DNA of 23,391 nucleotides from Gemmatimonadota bacterium (GTDB lineage: Bacteria > Gemmatimonadota > Gemmatimonadetes > Gemmatimonadales > Gemmatimonadaceae), in assembly GCA_031372565.1 (NCBI GenBank), contig JANMLN010000076.1, positions 1-23,391 on the forward strand, read 5' to 3'. The notes below the pieces were generated by a model. The model saw only the letters and a list, made by a program, of their open reading frames with translations, was not told where the DNA came from and did not search any database. This document shows positions 1-9,376 of this stretch, one piece after another (the first letter of the stretch is position 1; each line of letters starts with the position of its first letter). The translations under genes were made by a program, and so were the position numbers.

Positions 1-1407
<1,407 letters not shown>

Positions 1408-1422
1408 ATCGGATTCGTCATG

Positions 1423-1453
1423 CCGTGGCCTCCGGAGGGTGCGGAGGCCACGG
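1423..1453. terminator. Perfect 12-bp GC-rich hairpin between convergent ahcY and the hydrolase gene; probable terminator without a U-tract
   Basis: CCGTGGCCTCCG (1423-1434), 7-nt loop, CGGAGGCCACGG (1442-1453), 15 nt after the ahcY stop. No clear poly-U on either strand. Confidence 0.55.
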
Positions 1454-1469
1454 AAGAAGACCTACCACA

Positions 1470-1564
1470 AGAGGCACAGCGATCGCGCAGAGGGCAACCG
1501 CGAGGCATTGGATCTCGACATCCACAGCCTGCTCCGCCAAGCTCAGCGCGAACGCTGTGCCTCT
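1470..1564. repeat. Long inverted repeat (REP-like element)
   Basis: AGAGGCACAGCGATCGCGCAGAG (1470-1492) is the reverse complement of CTCAGCGCGAACGCTGTGCCTCT (1542-1564) at 21 of 23 positions, with a 49-nt spacer. Confidence 0.75.
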
Positions 1565-1599
1565 GTAGTTGCCGTGCTCGGCCGTTCTCCGTTCGCCTC

Positions 1600-2406
1600 C
1601 TACGAGACCCGCCCGAGGTGCGCGAGGATCGCGGCGTTGACCGCTGCGGGCTCCTCCACGCTCGAGGTATGCCCCGCGCGCGGGATCCGCACGAGCACCG
1701 AGCCGGGAACCGCGGCCTGGATGCGCTCGGCTTTCGCGGGGACTGTCGCCCGGTCGTCCTCACCCACGATCACCGTGGTCGCGCAGCGAATCTTGGGCAG
1801 TTCGCCATGGACGCCGAGGCGCTCGATGACGCCGTTCACGGCGCGCCAGATCGTCCGCCGATTGCCGCGCAGGGCCTGCTCCATGCGGGCACGATCGCTG
1901 GCCCGACCAGGCTCCGTGAGGAAGGCCGCACCGAACATCACCTGCATCACGGGGCGCGCCACCAGCGCCGGCCCCAGCCAGCGCCAGGTCCAGTTGAGCC
2001 GCCGATAGCGGGGGATGTTCGCCTCGGGCTCAGGGTCGGCCGACGTCTCGAGCAGGATCAGGCTGCGCAGGAGATCGGGTCGCCGCACCGCCAGCCGCAT
2101 GCCGACGAAGCCGCCCATGGACAGTCCCGCGAAGTGGCAGGGACCGACCCCGAGCTGGGTGATCAGTGCGGCGGCGTCCTCGAAGCAGGTCTCGATCGAA
2201 ATCGAGCGCGCGGCATCGTCGGCGCTCTGGCCCTGACCGCGATGGTCGTACGCAATCACCCGAAAGCCTGCGGCTGTCAGGGCGTCGCGCTGGGCGTCGA
2301 ACATCCGGCAGCTCCACAGGAGCCCATGGCTGAAGACCACGGGCGCGCCGGTGCCGCCGGAATCTTCGAAGTAGAGCTGCGTCCCGTTGGCAGAAAGGTG
2401 CGGCAT
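1600..2406 (-). CDS. Alpha/beta fold hydrolase (enol-lactonase/esterase-like)
   Basis: 268 aa. Oxyanion region FSHGL, YDHRGQG, nucleophile elbow GLSMGG, acid region VGEDD and catalytic His in AGH. Confidence 0.93.
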   Translation of the reverse strand: MPHLSANGTQLYFEDSGGTGAPVVFSHGLLWSCRMFDAQRDALTAAGFRVIAYDHRGQGQSADDAARSISIETCFEDAAALITQLGVGPCHFAGLSMGGFVGMRLAVRRPDLLRSLILLETSADPEPEANIPRYRRLNWTWRWLGPALVARPVMQVMFGAAFLTEPGRASDRARMEQALRGNRRTIWRAVNGVIERLGVHGELPKIRCATTVIVGEDDRATVPAKAERIQAAVPGSVLVRIPRAGHTSSVEEPAAVNAAILAHLGRVS

Positions 2407-2419
2407 GCCCGGAAGCTAT

Positions 2420-2489
2420 CGTCGTCCTGAGCGCAGCGAAGGACCTGCTTGTACCCGTCGTCCTGAGCGCAGCGAAGGACCTGCTTGTA
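2420..2489. repeat. Tandem direct repeat, 34 bp identical with 36-bp period, REP-like
   Basis: CGTCGTCCTGAGCGCAGCGAAGGACCTGCTTGTA at 2420-2453 and 2456-2489. Each unit has an internal GTCCT...AGGAC dyad. Confidence 0.92.
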
Positions 2490-2527
2490 GCCGTTCCCCT
2501 CGCCGCCAGCCATATTTCGCTCCCGAC

Positions 2528-3076
2528 ATGCCACCGACCACCACCACCGTCCTCGACGCCAAGGCCATGGAGCGCACGCTCCGGCGCATGGCAGACGAGA
2601 TCCTCGAGCTGGCCGCCGGCTCCGACGATCTGGTCGTCGTCGGGATCCAGCGGCGTGGCGTCCAGTTGGCCGACCGGATCGTGGAGCTGATCAAGTCGCG
2701 CGACGGCTTGATCGTGCCGCGCGGCGCCCTCGACATCACGCTCTACCGCGACGACCTGCAGACCGTCGGTCCGCGCCCCGTCGTCGGCAAGACCGAGCTG
2801 CCGCTCGACCTCGAGGGCAAGCGCATCGTGATCGTCGACGATGTGCTGTACACGGGGCGGACGGTCCGTGCGGCCCTCGATGAACTCGCCGACTTCGGAC
2901 GCCCCTCGCGCATCGCGCTCGCCGTGCTCATCGATCGCGGGGGTCGCGAACTGCCGATCCATGCGGACATCGTCGGCAAGCGGGTCGATATCGCGGCGTC
3001 CGACCGCGTCGACGTGCACGTGAGCGAACTGGACCAGCGCGATGCGGTCACGATCGTGCGACGGGACGCCGCATGA
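2528..3076 (+). CDS. pyrR: Bifunctional pyrimidine regulatory protein / uracil phosphoribosyltransferase PyrR
   Basis: Motifs [19 protein letters not shown] loop [17 protein letters not shown], and [12 protein letters not shown]. Start taken at ATG 2528 because the upstream in-frame extension is only the translated repeat. Confidence 0.95.
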   Translation: MPPTTTTVLDAKAMERTLRRMADEILELAAGSDDLVVVGIQRRGVQLADRIVELIKSRDGLIVPRGALDITLYRDDLQTVGPRPVVGKTELPLDLEGKRIVIVDDVLYTGRTVRAALDELADFGRPSRIALAVLIDRGGRELPIHADIVGKRVDIAASDRVDVHVSELDQRDAVTIVRRDAA

Positions 3077-4038
3077 GCTCGGCGCTCGGCAAGGACCTCG
3101 TCGGTCTCGAGGGCCTCACCCGGGCGCAGCTCCAGCTCGTGCTGGACACCGCGGAGCCGTTCAAGGAAGTCAGCGAGCGGGCGATCAAGAAGGTCCCGAC
3201 GCTGCGCGGGCAGACCATCGTCAATCTCTTCTTCGAAGCGTCCACGCGAACGCGCGTCAGCTTCGAGTTCGCCGAGAAGCGGCTCTCCGCCGACACCGTC
3301 AATGTGGCCGCCTCCGGGTCCAGTGTCTCCAAGGGCGAAACGCTCGTGGACACCGCACGCAATCTCGAGGCGATGCGGATCGACATGGTGGTCATCCGCC
3401 ATCCGTCGAGTGGCGCGGCACGCTTCCTCGCCGAGCGCATCAAGTCGAACGTGATCAACGCAGGCGACGGCACGCACGAACACCCCACCCAGGGCCTGCT
3501 CGACCTGCTGACACTGCGCGACAAGTTCAAGCGACTCGAGGGGCTCAAGGTCTGCCTCTGCGGCGACGTGCTCCACTCGCGCGTGGCCCGTTCCAACATC
3601 TTCGGCCTCCGCACGATGGGCGCCGACGTGGCCATCTGCGGCCCGCGCTCGCTGTTGCCGAACGACGTGAGCCAACTGGGCGTCACCGTGTTCGATCGCA
3701 TCGAGCAGGCCATCGAGTGGGCGGACGCCCTCAACGTGCTGCGTCTCCAGCTCGAACGGATGTCGGCCGGCTACATCCCGTCGCTCCGCGAATACAACCG
3801 TGTCTTCGGCGTCACGCTCGATCGACTCGATCGCGCCCCCAAGGACATCACCATCCTTCATCCCGGTCCCATGAACCGCGGCGTCGAGATCGACTCCAAC
3901 GTGGCTGATGGCCCGCACTCCGTGATCCTCGACCAGGTGACCAACGGGGTCGCGGTGCGCATGGCCGTCCTCTACCTGCTCGCCGGTGGGCGACACGAAC
4001 TCGCCGACAATGCCAAGACCGGCGGGGACGGGCGATGA
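3073..4038 (+). CDS. pyrB: Aspartate carbamoyltransferase catalytic subunit
   Basis: Motifs [36 protein letters not shown] and [15 protein letters not shown] overlap with pyrR. Confidence 0.97.
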   Translation: MSSALGKDLVGLEGLTRAQLQLVLDTAEPFKEVSERAIKKVPTLRGQTIVNLFFEASTRTRVSFEFAEKRLSADTVNVAASGSSVSKGETLVDTARNLEAMRIDMVVIRHPSSGAARFLAERIKSNVINAGDGTHEHPTQGLLDLLTLRDKFKRLEGLKVCLCGDVLHSRVARSNIFGLRTMGADVAICGPRSLLPNDVSQLGVTVFDRIEQAIEWADALNVLRLQLERMSAGYIPSLREYNRVFGVTLDRLDRAPKDITILHPGPMNRGVEIDSNVADGPHSVILDQVTNGVAVRMAVLYLLAGGRHELADNAKTGGDGR

Positions 4039-5327
4039 GCACGCAGCCGGTGCTCCTCAAGGGCGGGCGGATCGTCGATCCGTCGCAGAACCTCGACGCC
4101 ACGGGCGACGTGCTCGTGCAGGACGGCAAGATCGTGAAGTCGGGCGGGCAGATCGCCGGCCCCGATGGCGCGAAGGTCATCGACTGCACCGGCAAGGTCG
4201 TGAGTCCGGGCTTCATCGACGTGCACTGCCACCTGCGTGAGCCCGGGCGCGAGGACGTCGAGACGATCGAGAGCGGCGCGAAGGCCGCGGTCGCGGGCGG
4301 TTTCACCGCCGTGTGCGCCATGCCCAACACGAATCCCGTCACCGACAACCAGGCGGCGGTGGGGTTCATCATCCGGCAGGCGCAGCGGGCCGATGCGGCG
4401 CGCGTCTACCCGATCGGCGCGATCTCGGTTGGCCAGATGGGGCAGGCCATGGCCGAGATGGGCGAGATGGTCAGCGCGGGCGCCGTCGCGGTCAGCGATG
4501 ACGGCAAACCGGTCGTGTCGGCCCAACTGATGCGCACGACGCTCGAGTACGCCCGCTCCTTCGGCATTCCCGTGGCGGATCACTGCGAGGAACCGACGCT
4601 CGCCCACGGCGGCGCCATGAACGAAGGGGTCGTCTCCGCGCGCCTCGGCCTCAAGGGAATTCCCGACGAGGCCGAGGAGATCATGGTCATTCGCGACATC
4701 CTGCTCGCGCGCCGGACCGGCGGCCACGTGCATCTCTGCCACATGAGCACCAAGGGATCGGTGGAACTCATTCGCTGGGGCAAGGATCGCGGCATCAACG
4801 TGACGGCCGAAGTCTGCCCGCATCACCTCCATCTCACCGAAGACGCGGTGGAGGGCTACAACACGAACGCGAAGATGAACCCGCCGTTGCGCACGTGGGC
4901 CGATGTCGAGGCGTTGCGTGCGGCCGTCAAGGACGGCACGATCGATTGTGTGGCGACGGACCATGCGCCGCATCACTATGACGAGAAGGAGCGCGAGTTC
5001 CCGGATGCCCCCAACGGCATCGTGGGGCTCGAGACCGCCTTGGCCGTCGTGAACACGGCGCTGGTGGCCAGCGGCGTGATTGGCATCGCCGATCTGGTCA
5101 ACCGGATGTCGGTCATGCCCGCGAAGGTCTTCCATCTTCCCGGCGGTACGCTGCGCGCCGGGAGCGTCGCCGACGTGATCGTCTTCGATCCGACGGAGGT
5201 CTGGACCGTCGACGCGGCAAAGTTCCGGACCAAGGGCCGCAATTCGCCGTGGGCGGGGCACCAGTTGACCGGGCGCGTGCACACGACGCTCGTCGACGGG
5301 CGCGTGGCGTGGCAACTCGCGCGGTGA
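4035..5327 (+). CDS. pyrC: Dihydroorotase (type I, long form)
   Basis: Motifs [37 protein letters not shown] and ATDHAPH. Metal ligands look intact. ATGA overlap with pyrB. Confidence 0.96.
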   Translation: MSTQPVLLKGGRIVDPSQNLDATGDVLVQDGKIVKSGGQIAGPDGAKVIDCTGKVVSPGFIDVHCHLREPGREDVETIESGAKAAVAGGFTAVCAMPNTNPVTDNQAAVGFIIRQAQRADAARVYPIGAISVGQMGQAMAEMGEMVSAGAVAVSDDGKPVVSAQLMRTTLEYARSFGIPVADHCEEPTLAHGGAMNEGVVSARLGLKGIPDEAEEIMVIRDILLARRTGGHVHLCHMSTKGSVELIRWGKDRGINVTAEVCPHHLHLTEDAVEGYNTNAKMNPPLRTWADVEALRAAVKDGTIDCVATDHAPHHYDEKEREFPDAPNGIVGLETALAVVNTALVASGVIGIADLVNRMSVMPAKVFHLPGGTLRAGSVADVIVFDPTEVWTVDAAKFRTKGRNSPWAGHQLTGRVHTTLVDGRVAWQLAR

Positions 5328-5470
5328 CCGGGGCCTGAAGCTCGCCGGAGACGCCTGAGCGCTCACGCGCGCCTTCGCGTGATGCAACGCACACGCGCCA
5401 GACGGCTCGCAATCGTAGATTGCGCACACGCCGTCCCGGGCCCGGGTCGGCGACCGTCTCGGAGGCTTCA

Positions 5471-6580
5471 GTGACCGCTCCCGTTCCCGCCGTCGATCTC
5501 GCAGGACTGCTCGCCGAACGCGATCGCGTGGAGTCGTGGCTGCGCGCGCTCGAAGGCCGTCGCGAGGCCACGCCGCCCGCCGTCTTCGAGAAGGTGCAGC
5601 GCGACTATACCGCGCGACTCGGCACCCTCACGACCCAGCTGCGCGAGCGGGATCGCGATCTGGCGCAGGAGGTCGCGCGGCTGGCCGAGGCGCTGTCCGT
5701 GGTCGAAAACGATCAGCGCACCAAGCAGGAGGCGCGCGCCGAGGCCGAACTGCGGCATGCCGTCGGCGAGTACACCGAGGCGCAATGGACGACGGTCGCG
5801 GGCGAGAGCGACGTCGAACTCACCGCCATCGAAGCCCGGCGCGTGCAGTACGCGCGTGAGCATCAGGCCGCGCTCGACTTGCTGACGTCGGTGCGCCGTC
5901 CGACACCAACGTCGACGGACATGGCGTCGGCTGCCACCGACGCACCCGTGGCACCGGTTGTGTCGGCCGCGCCCGCGAAGCCCACGGTGGTGCCATCCAC
6001 CGCGTCTGCACCGGCCGCTCCCGCTGCCCCCGCGTCCATCGTGACCAGCAGCCCAAGCGGCGCGCAGATCAAGACGCCGTCCGGCGACGAACTCGCGTTT
6101 CTGAGTTCGCTCGCGACCGACGCCGCTCGACGGAGCGGCGCCCAGGCCGCCGTGAACGCATCCGAGTCGGCTGCCCCCGCGCCGTCGCGTCCCTCGCGTC
6201 CGGTGGAGGTGGCGGTCGCACCGGTGGCGGAGGCGCCCGCGCGGACGTCAGCCAAGCTCAAGCTCGAACCCGCTCCGGAATCGCGTCGTACCACGATACC
6301 GGCGCCCCTGCCGCCGGCCGCCGAGCTGACGATGCCGGCCGAACACGCGGGGCTCACCGAGGCCGACGTGAACGTGCCACGCGGCTCGCACACCTTCGCG
6401 ACCCCGGCTGGAGATCCGCGCGCCACCGCGCCGCGCGTGACGTCGCGCGACTCGGCCTCCATCCTCCGACGCGCGCAGGCCGATCAGGTGAAGTCGCTCA
6501 AGTGCGTGGAGTGCGGAACGCTCAACACGCCCACCGAGTGGTACTGCGAGAAGTGCGGCGCCGAATTGTCGACGTTGTGA
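5471..6580 (+). CDS. Hypothetical protein: N-terminal coiled-coil, Pro/Ala/Ser-rich linker, C-terminal C4 zinc ribbon (RanBP2-like)
   Basis: GGAGG at 5461-5465 precedes GTG 5471. The N-terminal ~140 aa look helical with heptad character, the middle is low complexity, and the end reads KCVECGTLNTPTEWYCEKCGAEL (CxxC-x10-CxxC). Confidence 0.85.
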   Translation: MTAPVPAVDLAGLLAERDRVESWLRALEGRREATPPAVFEKVQRDYTARLGTLTTQLRERDRDLAQEVARLAEALSVVENDQRTKQEARAEAELRHAVGEYTEAQWTTVAGESDVELTAIEARRVQYAREHQAALDLLTSVRRPTPTSTDMASAATDAPVAPVVSAAPAKPTVVPSTASAPAAPAAPASIVTSSPSGAQIKTPSGDELAFLSSLATDAARRSGAQAAVNASESAAPAPSRPSRPVEVAVAPVAEAPARTSAKLKLEPAPESRRTTIPAPLPPAAELTMPAEHAGLTEADVNVPRGSHTFATPAGDPRATAPRVTSRDSASILRRAQADQVKSLKCVECGTLNTPTEWYCEKCGAELSTL

Positions 6581-8166
6581 GTGCACGCCCCCGGCGTGGA
6601 GCCGCGACGGTGCTCCTCGCGAGCGCCGCGCTGGCGCTCGCGCCTGGCGATGGCGGGGGGTGGCAGGGGGCGCTGCAGGCGCAGGGGGCGGTGCGATCGG
6701 TCCTCATCACCGGCGCCTCGGTCTACGATGGCACCGGAGCGCCACCGCGGAAGGTCGCCGTGCGCATGGCCGGTGGGCGCATCGTGGCCGTCGGGCAGCT
6801 CGCGCGCACACCGCTGGACTCCGTGGTGGATGCCCGCGGACTGGCCCTCGCGCCCGGCTTCATCGACACGCATTCGCACCATGACTGGGGGCTGGACCAG
6901 GCGCGCGACGCGCTGGCGGTGGTCTCACAGGGCGTCACCACCATCGTCGTGGGACAGGACGGTGGTTCGCACGACGCGCTGCGCAGCTGGTTCGATTCGC
7001 TCGATCGCGCCCCCGTCGCGATCAACGTGGCGAGTTACAGCGGCCATGCGACGTTGCGCCGTCGCGTCATGGGCACCGACTACAAGCGGATGGCGAGCGA
7101 CGACGAAGTGGCCCGCATGGTCGTGCTGTTGCGAGACGATCTGGCGGCGGGTGCACTGGGGCTCTCCACGGGCCTCGAGTACGATGCCGCGATCAGCAGC
7201 AGCACGGCCGAGGTCGTGCGGTTGGCACGCGAGACGGCGAAGGCCGGCGGGCGGTACATCAGCCACATCCGCAGCGAAGATCGCGGCTTCTGGCAGGCGA
7301 TCGACGAGATCATCACGATCGGGCGCGAGGCGAAGCTGCCCGTGCAGATCTCGCATCTCAAGCTGGCCCAGCGGTCGCTCTGGGGAAAGACGGACACGCT
7401 GATGGCGCTGCTGAATGCCGCGCGTGCCTCCGGTGTCGACCTCACCGCCGACATCTATCCGTACACCTTCTGGCAGTCGACGATCACGGTCCTCTTTCCG
7501 AATCGTGACTACCAGACGCGGGCGTCTGCCGAGTTCGCGTTGAACGAAGTGACGTCGCCTGAGGGGCTGCTCATCTCGCGCTTCGCGCCGGAGCCGGCAT
7601 ACGAAGGGAAGACGTTGGCGCAGATCGCGAGGCTGCGAGGCACGGATGCGCCCCAGACGCTGATGGATCTGGTCGCGCTGACCAAGGATGGCGAGCTCGA
7701 CGAGGGGATCATCGCGACGAGCATGGCCGAACCCGACGTGCAGCGGCTCATCGCGTGGCCGCAGGCGAACATCTGCTCGGACGGCACGCTGCAGGGTCGG
7801 CATCCGCGCGGCTGGGGCAGCTTTCCCAAGGTGCTGGCGATGGCGCGCTCGTCTGGCGCGCCAGCACTCGAGACGCTCATCCACAAGATGACCGCCCTGT
7901 CGGCCGCGCATGTGGGGATCACCGGGCGCGGCCGGATCGCGGCGGGGCAGGGAGCGGACCTCGTGCTCTTCGATGCCGCGACCGTGCAGGACCGCGCGAC
8001 GCCGACCGCGCCGATGGCCGCCTCGACGGGGATTCGCGGCGTCTGGGTGAACGGCGTGTCGGTGTACGATGGGACGCGGGCGACCGGCGCGCGGCCGGGG
8101 CGCACCGTGCGGCGCGGCGTGACCGGCGGAAACGGTGCACGTGACGAGGGCCGCACTCACCAGTGA
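6577..8166 (+). CDS. N-acyl-D-amino-acid deacylase (D-aminoacylase) family amidohydrolase, probably exported
   Basis: Motifs PGFIDTHSH, GLSTGLEY, SHIRSE, QISHLK, DIYPY, SDG, HPRGWGSFP, KMT and ADLVLFD. GTG start overlaps the upstream stop (GTGA). The N-terminus is basic then hydrophobic, like a signal peptide. Confidence 0.88.
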   Translation: MSARPRRGAATVLLASAALALAPGDGGGWQGALQAQGAVRSVLITGASVYDGTGAPPRKVAVRMAGGRIVAVGQLARTPLDSVVDARGLALAPGFIDTHSHHDWGLDQARDALAVVSQGVTTIVVGQDGGSHDALRSWFDSLDRAPVAINVASYSGHATLRRRVMGTDYKRMASDDEVARMVVLLRDDLAAGALGLSTGLEYDAAISSSTAEVVRLARETAKAGGRYISHIRSEDRGFWQAIDEIITIGREAKLPVQISHLKLAQRSLWGKTDTLMALLNAARASGVDLTADIYPYTFWQSTITVLFPNRDYQTRASAEFALNEVTSPEGLLISRFAPEPAYEGKTLAQIARLRGTDAPQTLMDLVALTKDGELDEGIIATSMAEPDVQRLIAWPQANICSDGTLQGRHPRGWGSFPKVLAMARSSGAPALETLIHKMTALSAAHVGITGRGRIAAGQGADLVLFDAATVQDRATPTAPMAASTGIRGVWVNGVSVYDGTRATGARPGRTVRRGVTGGNGARDEGRTHQ

Positions 8167-8179
8167 GCGCGGCCCTCGT
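8144..8179. terminator. Long hairpin between the convergent amidohydrolase and rpsT genes
   Basis: ACGAGGGCCGCACTCAC (8144-8160) pairs with GTGAGCGCGGCCCTCGT (8163-8179). The single mismatch becomes a G-U pair on the minus (rpsT) strand. No strong U-tract. Confidence 0.65.
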
Positions 8180-8199
8180 ATCTGCGGGAGTTGCGCGAG

Positions 8200-8433
8200 C
8201 TACTTGGCCTTGGCCATGCGGCTCTTGCGGCGCGCGGCGTTGTTGGCGTGCACCAGTCCCTTGCGGGCCGCACGATCCAGCAGCACCACGGCGACCTTCT
8301 TCTGCTCGGGCGTTGCGCCCTCGGCTTCGGCCTTCTTGAGGGCAGAGCGCAGCGTGGAACGCTGGGCCCGATTGCGCACCTGAGCGGCGCGCGACTTCCG
8401 CATGTCCTTCTTGGACGACTTGAGATTCGGCAC
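8200..8433 (-). CDS. rpsT: 30S ribosomal protein S20
   Basis: MPNLKSSKKDMRKS...RNRAQRSTLRSALKK...LDRAARKGLVHANNAARRKSRMAK, 77 aa. GTG start with AGGAG at 8447-8443. Confidence 0.96.
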   Translation of the reverse strand: MPNLKSSKKDMRKSRAAQVRNRAQRSTLRSALKKAEAEGATPEQKKVAVVLLDRAARKGLVHANNAARRKSRMAKAK

Positions 8434-8541
8434 TCGGTCGTACTCCTGAGAGGTCTGTCGCGCTGGGCGTGTGGGTGACGTCCACCCGTGAGGCACCCCG
8501 CTCGGGCGCCTCATCGTGAGGCCTCCTTGCGCGAGCCTCTA

Positions 8542-8570
8542 AGGCTATCCGCCTTGAGGGCGGATGTCAA
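8542..8570 (-). promoter_or_regulatory. Sigma70-type promoter for rpsT
   Basis: Minus strand reads TTGACA (8570-8565), a 17-nt spacer, then TAGCCT (8547-8542). Confidence 0.75.
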
Positions 8571-8578
8571 TGCGACAC

Positions 8579-8608
8579 TTGGCTTTGCCTCCTCGCACGG
8601 GCTACGTT
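8579..8608 (+). promoter_or_regulatory. Possible divergent sigma70-type promoter for the site-2 protease/scpAB operon
   Basis: TTGGCT (8579-8584), 18 nt, TACGTT (8603-8608). Imperfect match to consensus. Confidence 0.4.
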
Positions 8609-8680
8609 TCTACCCTGCTCCGACTCGTGACGACGCCTGCGTGCGCTCCAGTCGGCCCCAGCCCCCCCGACCGACTCGCC

Positions 8681-9376
8681 GTGGAAGAACTCGAAGGCTT
8701 CCTGCTCCTTGCCCCCATGCTGCTGTTTTCGTTCACAGCGCATGAGTTGGGACACGCGTGGGTCGCACGGCGCGAGGGCGATCGCACGGCCGAGGCGCTC
8801 GGACGCATCACCTGGAACCCGATCAAGCACATCGATCCGTGGATGACCGTCCTGCTGCCGACCATGCTCTATTTCAGCTCAGGCGGCGCCTTCATCTTCG
8901 GCGGGGCCAAGCCGGTGCCGGTCAATCCGGACAACTACAAGCGCGGCGCCAAGTCGGACATCCTCGTGTCGCTGGCCGGCGTCTCGATGAACGTGGTCGT
9001 GGCGGGTTTCCTGGTGCTGCTCGTGGTGCTGGTCGGACTGCTCGGCAAGGCCGCGCCGTCGCTCAGTCACAGCCTGTCGATCATGCAGGTGATGTTCCTC
9101 AAGGGGGTCGGCATCAACCTCTTTCTGGCCGCCTTCAACCTGATCCCGGTCCCGCCGCTCGATGGGTCGCACGTGGCCAAGTACCTCCTGCCTCCGGCGT
9201 GGGCGCTCCAGTACATGCGCGTGGGCTTCATCGGCTTCATCGTCCTGATCGTGCTGCTGCGGACGCCGCCGGGTGAAGCGTTCTTCAACGCATGGACCGC
9301 GCCGGCCACGATGCTCGAACGCGCCGCCATCATCACGGTGATGCCCTTCGTGCTCGCGACCCCGTTCACCACGTGA
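8681..9376 (+). CDS. Site-2 protease family (M50) membrane zinc metalloprotease
   Basis: HELGH (HExxH), AKPVPVN, VSLAG and FNLIPVPPLDG motifs, with several hydrophobic segments. Start inferred at GTG 8681. Confidence 0.93.
   Translation: MEELEGFLLLAPMLLFSFTAHELGHAWVARREGDRTAEALGRITWNPIKHIDPWMTVLLPTMLYFSSGGAFIFGGAKPVPVNPDNYKRGAKSDILVSLAGVSMNVVVAGFLVLLVVLVGLLGKAAPSLSHSLSIMQVMFLKGVGINLFLAAFNLIPVPPLDGSHVAKYLLPPAWALQYMRVGFIGFIVLIVLLRTPPGEAFFNAWTAPATMLERAAIITVMPFVLATPFTT

Noticed and set aside
1420..2430. 336-aa + strand ORF opposite the hydrolase
   Set aside because: Antisense shadow of a gene with clear motifs, and it has no recognisable domain.
2420..2491. 36-bp periodic repeat as a CRISPR array
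   Set aside because: Only two adjacent copies separated by 2 nt, with no spacers and no cas genes.
2387..2527. N-terminal extension of PyrR in the ORF track (RRPERSEGPAC twice)
   Set aside because: It is just the translation of the DNA repeat, and PyrR similarity begins near ATG 2528.
4035..5327. Inactive PyrC' structural subunit
   Set aside because: HxH, the further His residues and the DHAPH Asp are all retained, consistent with an active dihydroorotase.
2743..5429. Long minus-strand ORFs of 417 and 485 aa opposite pyrB and pyrC, and similar shadows elsewhere in the window
   Set aside because: Expected in high-GC DNA with strong codon bias. The products are Arg/Ala/Gly-rich without motifs and lie opposite well-supported genes.
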